DNA from: Amoebidium appalachense
Lineage: Eukaryota > Protista > Ichthyosporea
NCBI GenBank assembly: GCA_963693365.1
Contig: CAVNZM010000003.1
Location: forward strand, 5,794,509-5,858,508
Direction of reading: 5' to 3'
Length of the DNA stretch: 64,000 nucleotides
Shown here: piece by piece, positions 63,270 to 64,000 of the stretch
Numbering within the stretch: position 1 is the first letter of the stretch
Layout of the letters: each line of letters begins with the position of its first letter
Notes under the pieces: generated by a model
What the model was told of the DNA's origin: nothing
What the model saw: the letters and a program-made list of their open reading frames with translations, nothing else
The model's database searches: none
Position numbers and translations under genes: made by a program

Positions 63270-63964
63270 TGAGGCTAAGGTGGGGAGTAGAGGAGGGGAA
63301 AGGGGGGGTTCTGTCGGGGGTTCTACTAATATATCGAATAAATCTAGTGTCTAGGGTGCATTAGGAGCTTCCCATCTTCGTGCTCAGTTTCACGTAGTGG
63401 GCCATCTGATTGGCTGTCAGTGACGGCTGGCACACTCTCAGCGCCGCATCAAAGTCAGATCGCTCCTGTGATTTGCATCCAATGAAAAAGTGTGACACAC
63501 GTGACCAGCGAGAAAGACAACCAGAGCAAGGTGAAGGACCTCCCCCCCCCCCCCCCCCCCTCCCACCCCCCTTCCCCCCCCCCCCTCCCCCCCCTCCCCC
63601 CCCCCTCCCCCCCCCCCACGACTCTTTCTCTCTCCCCGGAGGGCATGCTTCTTCCACCCCAACCTTACCACCTCCACCCCACCCCCACCCCTCGAAAAAA
63701 CAAGCAAAACCACGCAGACACGTACAAAGCTGGGTCTGCGCCGCAAACACACACACACACACAGGCAGATAAATTGTGGTCTGGGCATGAAGTGCAGATG
63801 TGGAGACATGTGCTTGCTTACCATCAGAAGAAGAGTGGTGGGTTTCAGCCTTAGGCGCACCGAAACAGGGAAAGCAAGGCTTAGAAGGAAGAGGATAAAT
63901 TTCTCACTAACACATACGTTCACACATTCAAAGATAGCGCTTCTCAAGATTTTTTTTTTTTTTT

Positions 63965-63995
<31 letters not shown>

Positions 63996-64000
63996 GGGGG

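Overview
Eukaryotic genomic DNA with GT-AG introns and very dense (CA/TG)n, (CT/AG)n and poly-C/G tracts, so most ORF-track entries are repeat artefacts. Positions 1 to ~20.5 kb form an accessory island. It holds compact, mostly intronless orphan or virus-like ORFs: a C2H2 protein, a truncated PD-(D/E)XK nuclease, a 619-aa orphan, a Cys-rich membrane protein and a DUF5763-like zinc-knuckle protein. It also holds a spliced KDM4-type JmjC gene with no visible JmjN domain. These genes are separated by about 10 unrelated minisatellite arrays, two of which are inverted copies of one 50-bp unit bracketing the 619-aa gene. The island looks like a decaying endogenised DNA-virus or mobile segment, but this is inference because no capsid or polymerase hallmark is in the window. 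From ~21 to 64 kb the sequence is host-like: DOHH (7 exons), a C2H2 array pseudogene, a multi-exon T4 Rnl1/Trl1-like ligase gene and a PKA-like kinase. Several TIR transposons with readable TSDs are present, and two of them carry passenger ORFs. All calls come from manual reading and remembered motifs; no database search was run.
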